From a virus, in the IMG/VR virus record IMGVR_UViG_3300042878_001497, positions 96,001 through 160,000 of that record: DNA of 64,000 nucleotides, one strand, 5' to 3'. Both the position numbers and the translations under genes were made by a program. The notes under the pieces are model-generated. The model was not told the origin of the DNA, did not search any database, and saw nothing but the letters and a program-made list of their open reading frames with translations. Shown piece after piece: positions 26,531 through 37,000 of this stretch (within the stretch, counting starts at the first letter, position 1; every line of letters starts with the position of its first letter).

Positions 26531-27232
26531 ATGGGAAGAAAGAAGAGTAATACAAACTATTTTACACAAGATACCGAGAATGCAATAGTAGCTTACAACA
26601 ACTCAACCGATACAACCTTCAGACAGAAGATTTTTACGGATGAAATCTACTACCCTTTCTACAAGCTCGTAGAAAACATCATTCACACCTTTAGATTCTA
26701 CTACACCGACGTTGATGACCTCGAAGATTTAAAACACGAGGTCATTTCCCTGTTAATAGAGGAGAAGATTCATATGTTTGACCCTACTAGAGGTGCAAAA
26801 GCCTACTCGTACTTCGGTACAATTGTGAAAAGGCACTTAATCAACTACAATAATAAGAACTACAAGCGCCTCAAATCATTAGCTCCTGTCGAAGACTTTA
26901 ACGGAACCTATGATTTAGATACATCTGAAGTACGTCCGTACGCGTTTACATTACGTCAAATCTTCGATATCTATATAGAACGTACTTATAGCAAACTAGA
27001 CGCCCTTTTCCCTAAAGAATCAGATAAGAAGGTAGCTGATGCTATTTTAACGCTTTTTGAAAAACGTTACGATCTCGACATTTTTAAGAAGAAAGCGTTA
27101 TACATCTATATACGAGAGATTACCGGTACTGAAACTCCGTACCTTACTAAAGTTATCAACGTATTGAAAGAAGAGTTCTATACTTTATATAATGGATTAG
27201 AGCAGGAAGGTTTAATTGACCTAAAAAACTAA
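26531..27232 (+). CDS. phage sigma factor, gp55-like (late transcription)
   Basis: Sigma region-2-like DLEDLKHE...FDPTRGAKAYSYFGTIVKRHLI; directly precedes the late genes. Confidence 0.75.
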   Translation: MGRKKSNTNYFTQDTENAIVAYNNSTDTTFRQKIFTDEIYYPFYKLVENIIHTFRFYYTDVDDLEDLKHEVISLLIEEKIHMFDPTRGAKAYSYFGTIVKRHLINYNNKNYKRLKSLAPVEDFNGTYDLDTSEVRPYAFTLRQIFDIYIERTYSKLDALFPKESDKKVADAILTLFEKRYDLDIFKKKALYIYIREITGTETPYLTKVINVLKEEFYTLYNGLEQEGLIDLKN

Positions 27233-27238
27233 CCTTTC

Positions 27239-27246
27239 TATTTATA
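27239..27246 (+). promoter_or_regulatory. late-type promoter TATTTATA (representative copy)
   Basis: TATTTAT(A/T) recurs upstream of starts at 11803, 23446, 27239, 29859, 32526, 38763, 44119, 49032, 50187, 51715, 56832, 58738 and 61993. Confidence 0.8.
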
Positions 27247-27256
27247 AAGAAAGAGT

Positions 27257-27595
27257 ATGGCACTGGATAAGGAGCTATTTAACGGCAAGACTGTTTCTAA
27301 CGTACTAGAGGAGATTTATAACAACTCTAAGAAAAAAGATAAACAGATCAATGCTCTCATCGGAGAGCTTAAGCCTCTTATTGAAAATATCGGGGACGCT
27401 ACCCTAGTAGTCCCCATGATCGCTAACTACCTAGAGATCGGAGTTAAGAACGATGAGATGCTCGTAAAAATGCTCACCATCGTCCAGAGAATGGATAATG
27501 CTAGGACATCTGGTGATACAGCAGGATTTGAACTAGGAGCAGAAGAACTAGCCCAGATCCTAGAACAAGCCAATGCATTAGGAGAGCAAAAATAA
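27257..27595 (+). CDS. late hypothetical helical protein
   Basis: First gene after the late motif. Confidence 0.7.
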   Translation: MALDKELFNGKTVSNVLEEIYNNSKKKDKQINALIGELKPLIENIGDATLVVPMIANYLEIGVKNDEMLVKMLTIVQRMDNARTSGDTAGFELGAEELAQILEQANALGEQK

Positions 27596-28656
27596 TGGCA
27601 TACGAATACGGCCCGTCTAAAAAAGACAGGAAATATGGTAGTTCCTTAAAGCAGGTCTACGATATATTCCTTGCTAAGGTAATCTCCACAGATCTTTCAA
27701 CAGTAGATCCTGAGAGTACTTTTAAGATTAAGTACACTAAGGACCTAGATAACCCAGTATCGAGAGATAGTACAGCATATAGTACAGCGCTTCCATATAG
27801 TAGCGCTTATAAAAAACCACCCCTACCGGGAGAGGTAGTTTTAGTCATACGTACACAGATAAAGAGTCAAGGTAAAACTTCTACACCTCTAGAAAACTCT
27901 TACTACTTAGAACCTCTTAACTTATGGAAACATCCTCAACACGGGCAGACTCCTATAGGTAATGAAGATAATGTAACGACTGTCAAGGATTTTACAGAGA
28001 GGAGCGATATTAACCCGCTTACTCCTTACGCTGGGGATGTTCTATTTGAAGGAAGGCAAGGGCAGAGTCTTAGATTTTCACAAAGTATTCCTAATAAGAC
28101 TCCCTGGAATGGTCCTTTAGGAGAACCTATTATGGTTCTGAGTAATGGTCAAGTTACAGTTAATAATGGATTTGAATACATAAAAGAAGATGTAAATGAA
28201 GATTACGCTTCTTTATATCTAACTTCTACTCAAAAACTCCCACTAACCCCAGGTAACAAGCTTACCCAACCACTAAACGAGTACGACCAGCCTCAAGCTA
28301 TCTTAACTAGCGGCAGAGTAGTACTTAACGCTCGAGACAACAACCTGATCTTATCTACTCCCGCTGCTTTAGAAGCTTCAGGAAGAGTTGTAAACATCAA
28401 AGCAGAAGACACTATAACTAGTGAAGCTCCTCAAATCAAACTAGGAGAACAGGCAGATCAAAAAGCAATATTAGGAGATAGAATGTTAGCAGATCTATCA
28501 GCGGTTTTAATTGAACTTACTAAGGTAACTGCTGCACTCGGATCACTAGGTATAGCTCCCCTTACAGCACCTGCCGCTTCATTTACCGAGCGAGCAACAA
28601 GGTTCATATTAGAGGTAGAGCAAATGAAATCAAACAAAGTACTTATCCAGAAATGA
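27595..28656 (+). CDS. baseplate hub/spike protein (gp5/gpV-like)
   Basis: OB-fold-like PLPGEVVLV, GDVLFEGRQGQSLRF, beta-repeat C-terminus; upstream of gp25- and gp6-like genes. Confidence 0.65.
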   Translation: MAYEYGPSKKDRKYGSSLKQVYDIFLAKVISTDLSTVDPESTFKIKYTKDLDNPVSRDSTAYSTALPYSSAYKKPPLPGEVVLVIRTQIKSQGKTSTPLENSYYLEPLNLWKHPQHGQTPIGNEDNVTTVKDFTERSDINPLTPYAGDVLFEGRQGQSLRFSQSIPNKTPWNGPLGEPIMVLSNGQVTVNNGFEYIKEDVNEDYASLYLTSTQKLPLTPGNKLTQPLNEYDQPQAILTSGRVVLNARDNNLILSTPAALEASGRVVNIKAEDTITSEAPQIKLGEQADQKAILGDRMLADLSAVLIELTKVTAALGSLGIAPLTAPAASFTERATRFILEVEQMKSNKVLIQK

Positions 28657-29855
28657 GCGAGTTTGATCTACAGCCCTGCGACGGCAGGCATCTCATACAA
28701 AAGCTTAGCGATGAGCTTTTAAAAGCCTTAGCTCAAGCCAAGCAAAAATCCTGTGATGAACTAGCCCAGATCTTGACTGAATTCGGAATAGAAGATGTTA
28801 AGCCATGTGATCTTGTAAGCGAGAGATTTCTCAGACTGATTGCAAATAATCAAACCGACGAAGCAATCAACTTACTACTTTCTGGACTAAACCTACCCCC
28901 ACACACTCTTAAACTATTGATTCAAGGGTTTGATAAACTTACCCCGCAAGAGCAGGCAGATGTAGTACTATATATAGAAGCTTCTGGAGTCTCTTTACCT
29001 CCTTACACTGCTAAAATTATACAAGCTGAAGGAGGAATCAAAACTGGGTTAAATAAACTTTCAGAACAAGAGAGGAAAGAGTTCAACCAATGGTTCCAAG
29101 ATAGAGGGACAGCCTACACTCTAAGCTTTCTGACCCCCATCATACTCTCTCAGGTTACTCAAAAGATTCAATGTCCAACCGGTCAAACACTTCAAACACT
29201 AATTAACGTAGTTAGAACCATTAAGAAGTTTGTAAACAGTCTTGCAACAAAGCTACAAACTCTTACACAGGTTGTAAATCTAACTTCATCTGCTATCAAT
29301 GCAATAAGCTTAACCCTTACTGCATTAGAAGAAGCTGCTAAAGCTTCTGAAGCAAGTACTTTTGCTTCCGCCGCTACCCCAAGCGGTGCATCCGGAGTGT
29401 TCGCCCTACTTACTGCTAGAGTTTATAGACTAGCAGATCGCATCAGGCCTGATATTCAAGGTCCCAGTAACCGCTACGGAGAGAAAGGATTAGACGGGAT
29501 AGCCTGTCAAGCAGCTAAAACAGTTACATATATTACAATTCAAGTAAACACCGTTCAAGCTATTATCACAATCATTGATACGCTACTACAATCCTGCAGT
29601 AAAGATCAAATAGACACAGGTAACTTTATACCAGTACAACTTTCACAGAGCGGGGAAAATAACCTAGGTACATATCAAGGTTACAGGATTGAAGTTCGTA
29701 TTGACCCAAACTCACCACCAGTCGCTCCTAGGCGTTACGCAGTAGCTATTGACTCTATTGGAGCAGTCGTGCTAGAAGGTAACAAGTCCTTCTCTAGCTC
29801 TAACGAACTTCTTATAGAAGAGCTTAAGCTAGCCATTGATCGACTAGTTAATTAA
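28653..29855 (+). CDS. virion-associated hypothetical protein
   Basis: 400 aa helical protein in the baseplate operon. Confidence 0.6.
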   Translation: MSEFDLQPCDGRHLIQKLSDELLKALAQAKQKSCDELAQILTEFGIEDVKPCDLVSERFLRLIANNQTDEAINLLLSGLNLPPHTLKLLIQGFDKLTPQEQADVVLYIEASGVSLPPYTAKIIQAEGGIKTGLNKLSEQERKEFNQWFQDRGTAYTLSFLTPIILSQVTQKIQCPTGQTLQTLINVVRTIKKFVNSLATKLQTLTQVVNLTSSAINAISLTLTALEEAAKASEASTFASAATPSGASGVFALLTARVYRLADRIRPDIQGPSNRYGEKGLDGIACQAAKTVTYITIQVNTVQAIITIIDTLLQSCSKDQIDTGNFIPVQLSQSGENNLGTYQGYRIEVRIDPNSPPVAPRRYAVAIDSIGAVVLEGNKSFSSSNELLIEELKLAIDRLVN

Positions 29856-29869
29856 ATCTATTTATTATT

Positions 29870-30295
29870 ATGAAAGCTAGTGAATTTAAAAGTCTAATTA
29901 AAGAAGCTGTAAGAGAAGCTATCAGAGAAGAACTTTCTGAAATGAAAGCTCCCGCTCCTATGCAGACTGAAGCTACAGCACCTGCACCTAAGCCATTACA
30001 ATTCTCAGGAGGAAATCCTCTTATGGAAGCCCTTAATATGACTAGCCGTTCTATGACTTCGGAAGATTACCGCAGCATGGGAACAGCAACAGCTAATATG
30101 GCTGAAATGTTTGATAGAGGCGCATTCACGCCCAGGCAGGCCTTCAAACCAGTCTCTGAAGATCCTAGAGCAGTAGCTCAAGCTGTAGCCGCCGCCCCAA
30201 AAGTAGGGCTAGATCTATCCCAGTTGAGCTTTGTTAATAAAGCAGCAGCAATTGTAAAGCAAGCAAATAAGAAGAGAGATCCATATGGCGTATAA
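29870..30295 (+). CDS. late hypothetical protein with LxE leader
   Basis: Begins MKASEFKSLIKEAVREAIREELSE. Confidence 0.7.
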   Translation: MKASEFKSLIKEAVREAIREELSEMKAPAPMQTEATAPAPKPLQFSGGNPLMEALNMTSRSMTSEDYRSMGTATANMAEMFDRGAFTPRQAFKPVSEDPRAVAQAVAAAPKVGLDLSQLSFVNKAAAIVKQANKKRDPYGV

Positions 30296-30695
30296 CGTAC
30301 AGAGAATTAACCCATTAGACCTTCAGCCTAGAAAAGCTGTAGGGGTTGCTTTACCTTTCCAAGGTAGAGCTGTTTTTAATTCTACGTATACTACCAAAGA
30401 CGCTACTAAAGCTAATCTTATCAATTTCTTTCTCACCGGACAGAATGAAAGAGTTTTCAATGTAGATTTTGGAGCAGGTCTTCGAAATTTTGTATTTGAA
30501 GCTATTACCCAAGATAGCGTTGAAGAGATCACAGAACGTATAGAGACCTCACTAAAACTATACTTTCCACAAGTTCAGGTTAAGACTTTAAAACTTACAC
30601 CAGAACCGGACCAAAACTTAATCTCTTTTGAATTAAAATACTCTGTTAGAGAAACCAACATTACAGATGAGATTGTAATTAACTTTGAGCAATAA
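30285..30695 (+). CDS. baseplate wedge protein, gp25-like
   Basis: NLINFFLTGQNERVFNVDFGAGLRNFVFE. Confidence 0.85.
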   Translation: MAYNVQRINPLDLQPRKAVGVALPFQGRAVFNSTYTTKDATKANLINFFLTGQNERVFNVDFGAGLRNFVFEAITQDSVEEITERIETSLKLYFPQVQVKTLKLTPEPDQNLISFELKYSVRETNITDEIVINFEQ

Positions 30696-32524
30696 TGGCA
30701 CAGGAAAGAGATATAAAATATGTAGGAAAGTCTTTTAGCGATTTTCGTCAACAGTTAGTAGACTACGCTAAAAACTACTTCCCAGACACCTACAACGACT
30801 TTTCTCCAACATCACCAGGTATGATGTTTATGGAGATGGCAGCTTACGTAGGAGATGTACTCTCATTCTACCAAGACGTACAGCTTCAAGAAACCTTCCT
30901 ACAGTACGCTAAAGAACCAGGTAATCTGTATACATTAGCTTACATGATGGGTTACCGTCCTAAAATAAGCGCAGCTGCAACGGTAGACTTAGACATCTAC
31001 CAAAGAGTACCTTCCAAGCTAGTAAGTGGACAATGGATACCAGATTACGATTACGCAGTCACTATTAGTGAAAATTCACAACTACAGTCTACTACTAATC
31101 CTCCTGTAAAGTTTCTTATAGATAATAAGATTAATTTTACCTTCTCAAGCTCTTACGATCCTACAGATGTATCAGTTTATGCAGATGACGGGGTTAAACC
31201 CACCTTATTTCTATTAAAGAAAAAAACTAAAGCTATTTCTGCCGAGGTAAAAACTACCACAATCACAGTAACAGCTCCGGAAAAATTTAGAACTGTTGTA
31301 GTAGAGGATACCGATATACTAGGTGTATTAGATATTACAGATGCAAGTAGTAATAGGTGGTACGAAGTACCTTACCTGGCACAAGACAGTATCTTTTTAG
31401 ATCAGTCAAATAATGCAGCAGATTCTAGCTTAGTACCCTATACCCTACAGCTTCAAAAAGTACCTAGAAGATTCGTATCAAGATTTAACTCAGCAGGTAA
31501 TTTAGAAATTCAATTTGGAGCAGGAACAGTAGGAGGATCCGATACTGTATTCACACCAGATCCTACTAATGTAGGTTTAGGAGATCAAATTATAGGGGTA
31601 TCTAAAATAGATAAGGCCTACGACCCTTCAAATTTTATGTTTACAGGAACATATGGTCTAGCTCCTGCTAACACAGTATTGACGATCCGCTACCTAGCCG
31701 GCGGCGGAGTTGAAGCAAACGTACCCTCCGATACCGTAACTACTATCCTATCATCCACTAGAACTGCTACTTTAGCAGGGTATGAAAACACAGTAGCATT
31801 CAATAATCCCGCTGCAGCAGTTGGAGGAAAAGATGGAGATACTTCTGACGAGTTACGTGAAAATAGTTTAAAAGCTTATGCAGAACAGCTGAGAGCTGTA
31901 ACAAAAGAAGACTACATAATTCGTACCCTATCACTACCTTCTAAGTTTGGATCTGTAGCAAAAGCGTATATAGTTCAAGATCAGCTAAGCTCTACTAAGT
32001 CAACTACAGATAATATAGTAGACAGTAACCCCTTATCCTTATCTCTATATGTACTAGCTTACGATAATAATAAGAAACTTACTACAGCTTCTAATACTCT
32101 CCGAAATAATCTAAAAACATATCTCTCCCAGTACAGGTTATTAACAGATGCTATCAATATCAAAGATGCATTTGTAGTTAATATTGGGGTAAAGTATGAT
32201 ATTTTGGTATTACCTAACTACACAGGTAGAGATGTTCTTCTAGCATGCACTCAAGTATTAAAAGAATACTTCTCAGTAGAAAAGTGGTCAATTAACCAGC
32301 CTATAAATCTATCTACCCTGTATACCCTACTTGATAGAGTTAAAGGAGTTCAAACAGTTCAAAATATTGAAGTAGAAAACAAAGTAGGAGGAGCATACTC
32401 ACAGTATGCCTACGATGTGAAAGGAGCTACTAAGAATAATATTGTATACCCTTCCTACGATCCTTGTATCTTTGAAGTAAAATTCCCAGACACAGACATT
32501 ACCGGTCGCGTAACTTCATTGTAA
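30695..32524 (+). CDS. baseplate wedge protein, gp6/J-like
   Basis: YNDFSPTSPGMMFMEMAAYVGDVLSFY, GGKDGDT..ELR, RAVTKEDY. Confidence 0.88.
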   Translation: MAQERDIKYVGKSFSDFRQQLVDYAKNYFPDTYNDFSPTSPGMMFMEMAAYVGDVLSFYQDVQLQETFLQYAKEPGNLYTLAYMMGYRPKISAAATVDLDIYQRVPSKLVSGQWIPDYDYAVTISENSQLQSTTNPPVKFLIDNKINFTFSSSYDPTDVSVYADDGVKPTLFLLKKKTKAISAEVKTTTITVTAPEKFRTVVVEDTDILGVLDITDASSNRWYEVPYLAQDSIFLDQSNNAADSSLVPYTLQLQKVPRRFVSRFNSAGNLEIQFGAGTVGGSDTVFTPDPTNVGLGDQIIGVSKIDKAYDPSNFMFTGTYGLAPANTVLTIRYLAGGGVEANVPSDTVTTILSSTRTATLAGYENTVAFNNPAAAVGGKDGDTSDELRENSLKAYAEQLRAVTKEDYIIRTLSLPSKFGSVAKAYIVQDQLSSTKSTTDNIVDSNPLSLSLYVLAYDNNKKLTTASNTLRNNLKTYLSQYRLLTDAINIKDAFVVNIGVKYDILVLPNYTGRDVLLACTQVLKEYFSVEKWSINQPINLSTLYTLLDRVKGVQTVQNIEVENKVGGAYSQYAYDVKGATKNNIVYPSYDPCIFEVKFPDTDITGRVTSL

Positions 32525-32540
32525 ATATTTATTATAAAAG

Positions 32541-33680
32541 ATGGCAATCTACAGAATTTTTCCTGAGAAGGACGCAACCTTATACTCTAGGTATGAAGCT
32601 TCTAATACCGGATTAGACGAAATCCTTGAGATTAGTTCATTCTACTTAGGAAGTAGTAGCTTTGCTAACAGAACCGTAATTCAGTTTAACAACTCAGAAA
32701 TTGAGGATGTTATAGAGAGTAAAATATCCCCGACTGTTATTGCAGGAGGACAGATGGAGTTTTCTGCATCTATTAAACTATACTTAGCAGAAGGAGAGGA
32801 AGTACCTACCGGATACGCTATTGAAGCTTCCCCTCTGTATGATTCTTGGGATACAGGAACTGGAAAATACGGAGACAACCCAATTAATAAAACAGGAGTA
32901 AGCTGGTTTTACACAAAACCAGGGACACGTTGGACTAACCCTACCCCCGCTAATACAGCAGCTTATTATAATTCTGGAAGCGTAGCTATTGGAGGTGTTT
33001 GGTACACCGGCTCTTACGGAATTAATCTAGTACACTTCCAATCACATTCCACAGTATCTACTCACGATATTGATCTAGATGTAACACCTTCTGTAAAACT
33101 ACATTATTCACAGTCCCAAGGGTTAACAGGTATTACTAACAACGGATTCATTTTAAAGTTAAACAGTGTTAATGAATTTCAAACAGGGAGTCTCACCTTC
33201 TTAAAGTACTTCTCTAGTAACACTCATACCATTTACCCTCCGTGTCTGGAGTTTAAGTGGAATGATTTTGTAACAAGTAGTTTGGTTGCAACTCGAGCGG
33301 TAACAGACCCTACCTGTATTGTAGGTATTAAAAACGCTAAAGACCGTTACACTGATGAAGGTAAGTACCGCTTCCGCTTAAACGTAAGACCTAAATACCC
33401 AGCCAGAACTTTTGTAACCTCTTCAAACTACATCACTCAACACTACTTACCCACAACATCGTACTGGGGACTTAGAGATGAGAATACAGAAGAAATGGTT
33501 GTAGATTTTGATACAACTTACACAAAGATTAGTAGTGATAACACTAGCAACTACTTCGATGTGTATATGAACGGTTTACAGCCCGAAAGACATTATAGAC
33601 TTCTAATTAAAACTACCATCGACGGATCAACATCAGTACTTGACAACGGAGTAACTTTTAAAGTCGTAAGAAATGGCTGA
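32541..33680 (+). CDS. virion structural protein
   Basis: Beta-rich; late motif upstream; baseplate context. Confidence 0.65.
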   Translation: MAIYRIFPEKDATLYSRYEASNTGLDEILEISSFYLGSSSFANRTVIQFNNSEIEDVIESKISPTVIAGGQMEFSASIKLYLAEGEEVPTGYAIEASPLYDSWDTGTGKYGDNPINKTGVSWFYTKPGTRWTNPTPANTAAYYNSGSVAIGGVWYTGSYGINLVHFQSHSTVSTHDIDLDVTPSVKLHYSQSQGLTGITNNGFILKLNSVNEFQTGSLTFLKYFSSNTHTIYPPCLEFKWNDFVTSSLVATRAVTDPTCIVGIKNAKDRYTDEGKYRFRLNVRPKYPARTFVTSSNYITQHYLPTTSYWGLRDENTEEMVVDFDTTYTKISSDNTSNYFDVYMNGLQPERHYRLLIKTTIDGSTSVLDNGVTFKVVRNG

Positions 33681-34014
33681 AGAAGTTAAATTACAAAAAA
33701 CGGTTTACGACCCGGTTAATTTTAGAAGAGTTGTAGATACTTCCTTCAAAACATTTGCACAACCAGTACCTGCTGTTGATACAGATACCGTAGAGGAGCT
33801 TTTTAGACTATACAATAAACTGTACTTACGTATACCGGTAGAAGGGGATACAAACTCCCACCAGTACCTAGTGACTGAAAGCTCCAAACTCTACTCACAG
33901 CAAGTACAATCAGTAGATGTACAACCTCTCCTTGACGAGATTACACAGCTCAGACAACAGCTCCTTTCAGCAAATCAGGAAATATTAGCACTTTCAGTAC
34001 AACAGGGTAAATAA
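33673..34014 (+). CDS. virion-associated hypothetical protein
   Basis: 113 aa with C-terminal coiled coil. Confidence 0.65.
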   Translation: MAEEVKLQKTVYDPVNFRRVVDTSFKTFAQPVPAVDTDTVEELFRLYNKLYLRIPVEGDTNSHQYLVTESSKLYSQQVQSVDVQPLLDEITQLRQQLLSANQEILALSVQQGK

Positions 34015-37000
34015 TGGCTACAGTTCAATACAACGTAATTCCAGCTAACACTGCAGATCTAGGAGTTGAAACTTATTCAACTTCTGATACTACATTAGTG
34101 AATTCTTTCGCAATCAACTCTAACTACAATGTTGATGAGCATTTTATAGAACTACACGCTTATTCTGCAGCAGGTGAATTACTGACTTCAGTCTACAATT
34201 ACCAAAATGAAAAACAACTTCTAAACTCAGCAGGAGCTGGTCAGGACGGCGCTAGCACATTATACATTGATCCGGTTTTAGATGCAAATAGTTTAGGATA
34301 CACTCAAGGTGGAGTATCACTCCTATATCATTTTTTAAGACCTATCCTGCCAAGCTCTTTATACATCTCTGATATATCACCAGACAGAACAGAGCTTAGA
34401 ACTAGAGGAGTAGAAGTATCTCCTGCATTACTGCAGATATTAACCGACTACAAAACTCAGCTACAAGCTAACTCATACTTCACAGAGTTTCGGTTAAATT
34501 TCAAAAATAACGATCTGTTTATTGGAGTTAATCTTGATATAGAGACAGACGGTAGCGTACTTGTTAAACTATACGAACCGCTTCCTGCCAACATACTATT
34601 AAAGAACACTTTCGAACTGGTAGAACTAGTAGCAGACAGTATATCTTATCAGGTAGAGGCTACGTTTACTCCAGAACCAGAACAACCAGTATTTTTAAAA
34701 GGACCGAATTTTACATTAGAGGATAGAGAACAAAACGTACTCAACACCGGCTACCTTAACTACAATGAGCTTTTCTCGTATCCCGTTACAGGAAGCTACC
34801 ATAAGTTACTACTTCAAGCCAGTCAAAGCGGGATACAGGTCAGTATAGATTATTCAGACTACAGCAACTTCATACACTTCTCATCAGCCCAAGAGAGGTT
34901 AGAGAACTTTAATTACAAAATAGGTCTAGTACAGTACTACGAGAGTAAATCTATCTCTATCAAGAGTACACTATCAGTAAACGCTTCTGCTGCAGTGAGT
35001 GAAAGCAGTACATATTATGATAATTTAGTAAGCGGTATTATTGGAAAGTTTGACGGATATGAACAGTATCTTTACTTTGAGAGTACAAGCTTTGCTTGGC
35101 CTAAATCAAACAACCTACCTCCTTACATAAATCTTACCGGATCAAGCGCTACGGTAACTAACTGGTACACTACTCAATTTGCATCAGCCTCTCTATACGA
35201 CGAACTGAATCAGAGCAACTTAGTGTATACTGTTCCGGAATTTATCCGCCAGGATGATGCTAACGCACCGTATTCGGTATTTTTAAACATGATCGGTCAG
35301 CATTTTGACAACATCTGGATTTATGCTAAAGCTGTTACCGATAAGTATGATGCTGATAATAGACTTGACTACGGAATCTCTAAAGATCTAGTCGGGGAAG
35401 CCCTTAGAAGCTTTGGAGTAAAGTTATACTCCTCAAACTTCTCAGTAGCCTCCCTTTCATCCTTACTGCTAGGAGAGTGGTACGATAGCGGATCTGAACA
35501 AATTACATCATTTGTAACTGCTTCAAACTCCCCTACCCCTGATAAAGATATCATCCAGGAAACTTACAAGAGACTGTACCATAACCTTCCTTACCTTATT
35601 AAGACAAAGGGAACCGAGCGCGGTTTAAGGGCGCTTATTAACTGCTTTGGCATACCTAGCGGGTCTTTAGAAATTAAAGAATTCGGTGGAGTTGGTAGAT
35701 CTTCTCCTATTTACTTTGCAGCTGAAACAGGCTCTGTAGATAAAATCAGAATAAGTAATACAGGAAGCATTGTACCGGGAAATACGCTCTCTCAGTATAC
35801 TTCTATTCAAAACCCTGCAGGAGAATATACAGAAGATATTCATACACTAGAAGTAGGCTTCTCACCTACCTATTACGTAGATAAGTACATAGTCGACAAC
35901 ATCACCAGCAGCTTCAATATAGATAACTACATTGGAGACCCTAGAACAGCTCACGATTCTAGATACACAACCCTACAGCCCTTCATCTCTTCAAGCCTTG
36001 GCAATTTATCAAGATACGATATGTTTGACTTTGTCAGACTTATTAAGTTCTTTGATAACCAGGTCTTCAAGATGGTAAAAGATTTTGTACCTGTAAGAGC
36101 AAGTGCAACAACAGGTATTATTATCAAGCCTCACCTGCTAGAAAGAGGTAAGATAAAACAACCTACTCTATCCCTTACCCAGCCGGAATACTCTGCTTCT
36201 ATTAACACAGCTTTCTTAGAAGCCCAGGATGGAGGAGTGATTAATGAACTCTCTACAACTAATACAGTTGAAATAAAAACTCCTGCAGGAACTGTTACAG
36301 AAACTAAAACTACCGGAGTTGAGAAATATAACGGAGAACTAGGAGGTTCTTTTATAGACGTAGTAACAGGAGAGCTTAATGATGAAAATCCATTCAAGCA
36401 TGAAGTACACCCGGAACTTAACTACTCATTAACAGAGTACCTATCAACCCTTACCCCGGCGCCAGGATTTGATGAAGTAACAGCAAACGATTTTCTAACC
36501 CAGGTTATATCAGTAGGAAATATGCACTTTTTCTGGGAGTATAATTCCAAAGGAGGGTATAACTACCTTAGATATATTCGCTTTAGGAACACACTAACAG
36601 GGGGGGTAGACATATACACCTCTGTATTAGAGCTGGAAAAAATAAAGATAGCGGGAGTTGAATATCCTTTCTTAAATAAAACAGTAACTACGTCCACAAC
36701 CGTACTAACACTAGGAGACCCAGGATCAGGCCTAGGACTTAGCCCCGCCGCATACCCAACTACTCCCACAACAGTACAGGTAATTTTACAGCCATATTTA
36801 CCATCTACTTTTGAAAACTCTGATTATAATCCTCTACTAAACAACGCTACTGCAATTGCAAATTCTGCAAAATTACGTAAGGTTGATTATTCAAATGGAG
36901 TTATGGTTCCAAGTAATATTCAAGCTTTGAGAGACAATACAGCAGATATAGCTGACGTACAGGAGTACCTTTACAACAGTGCAGGCATTGTTAGCGGCAG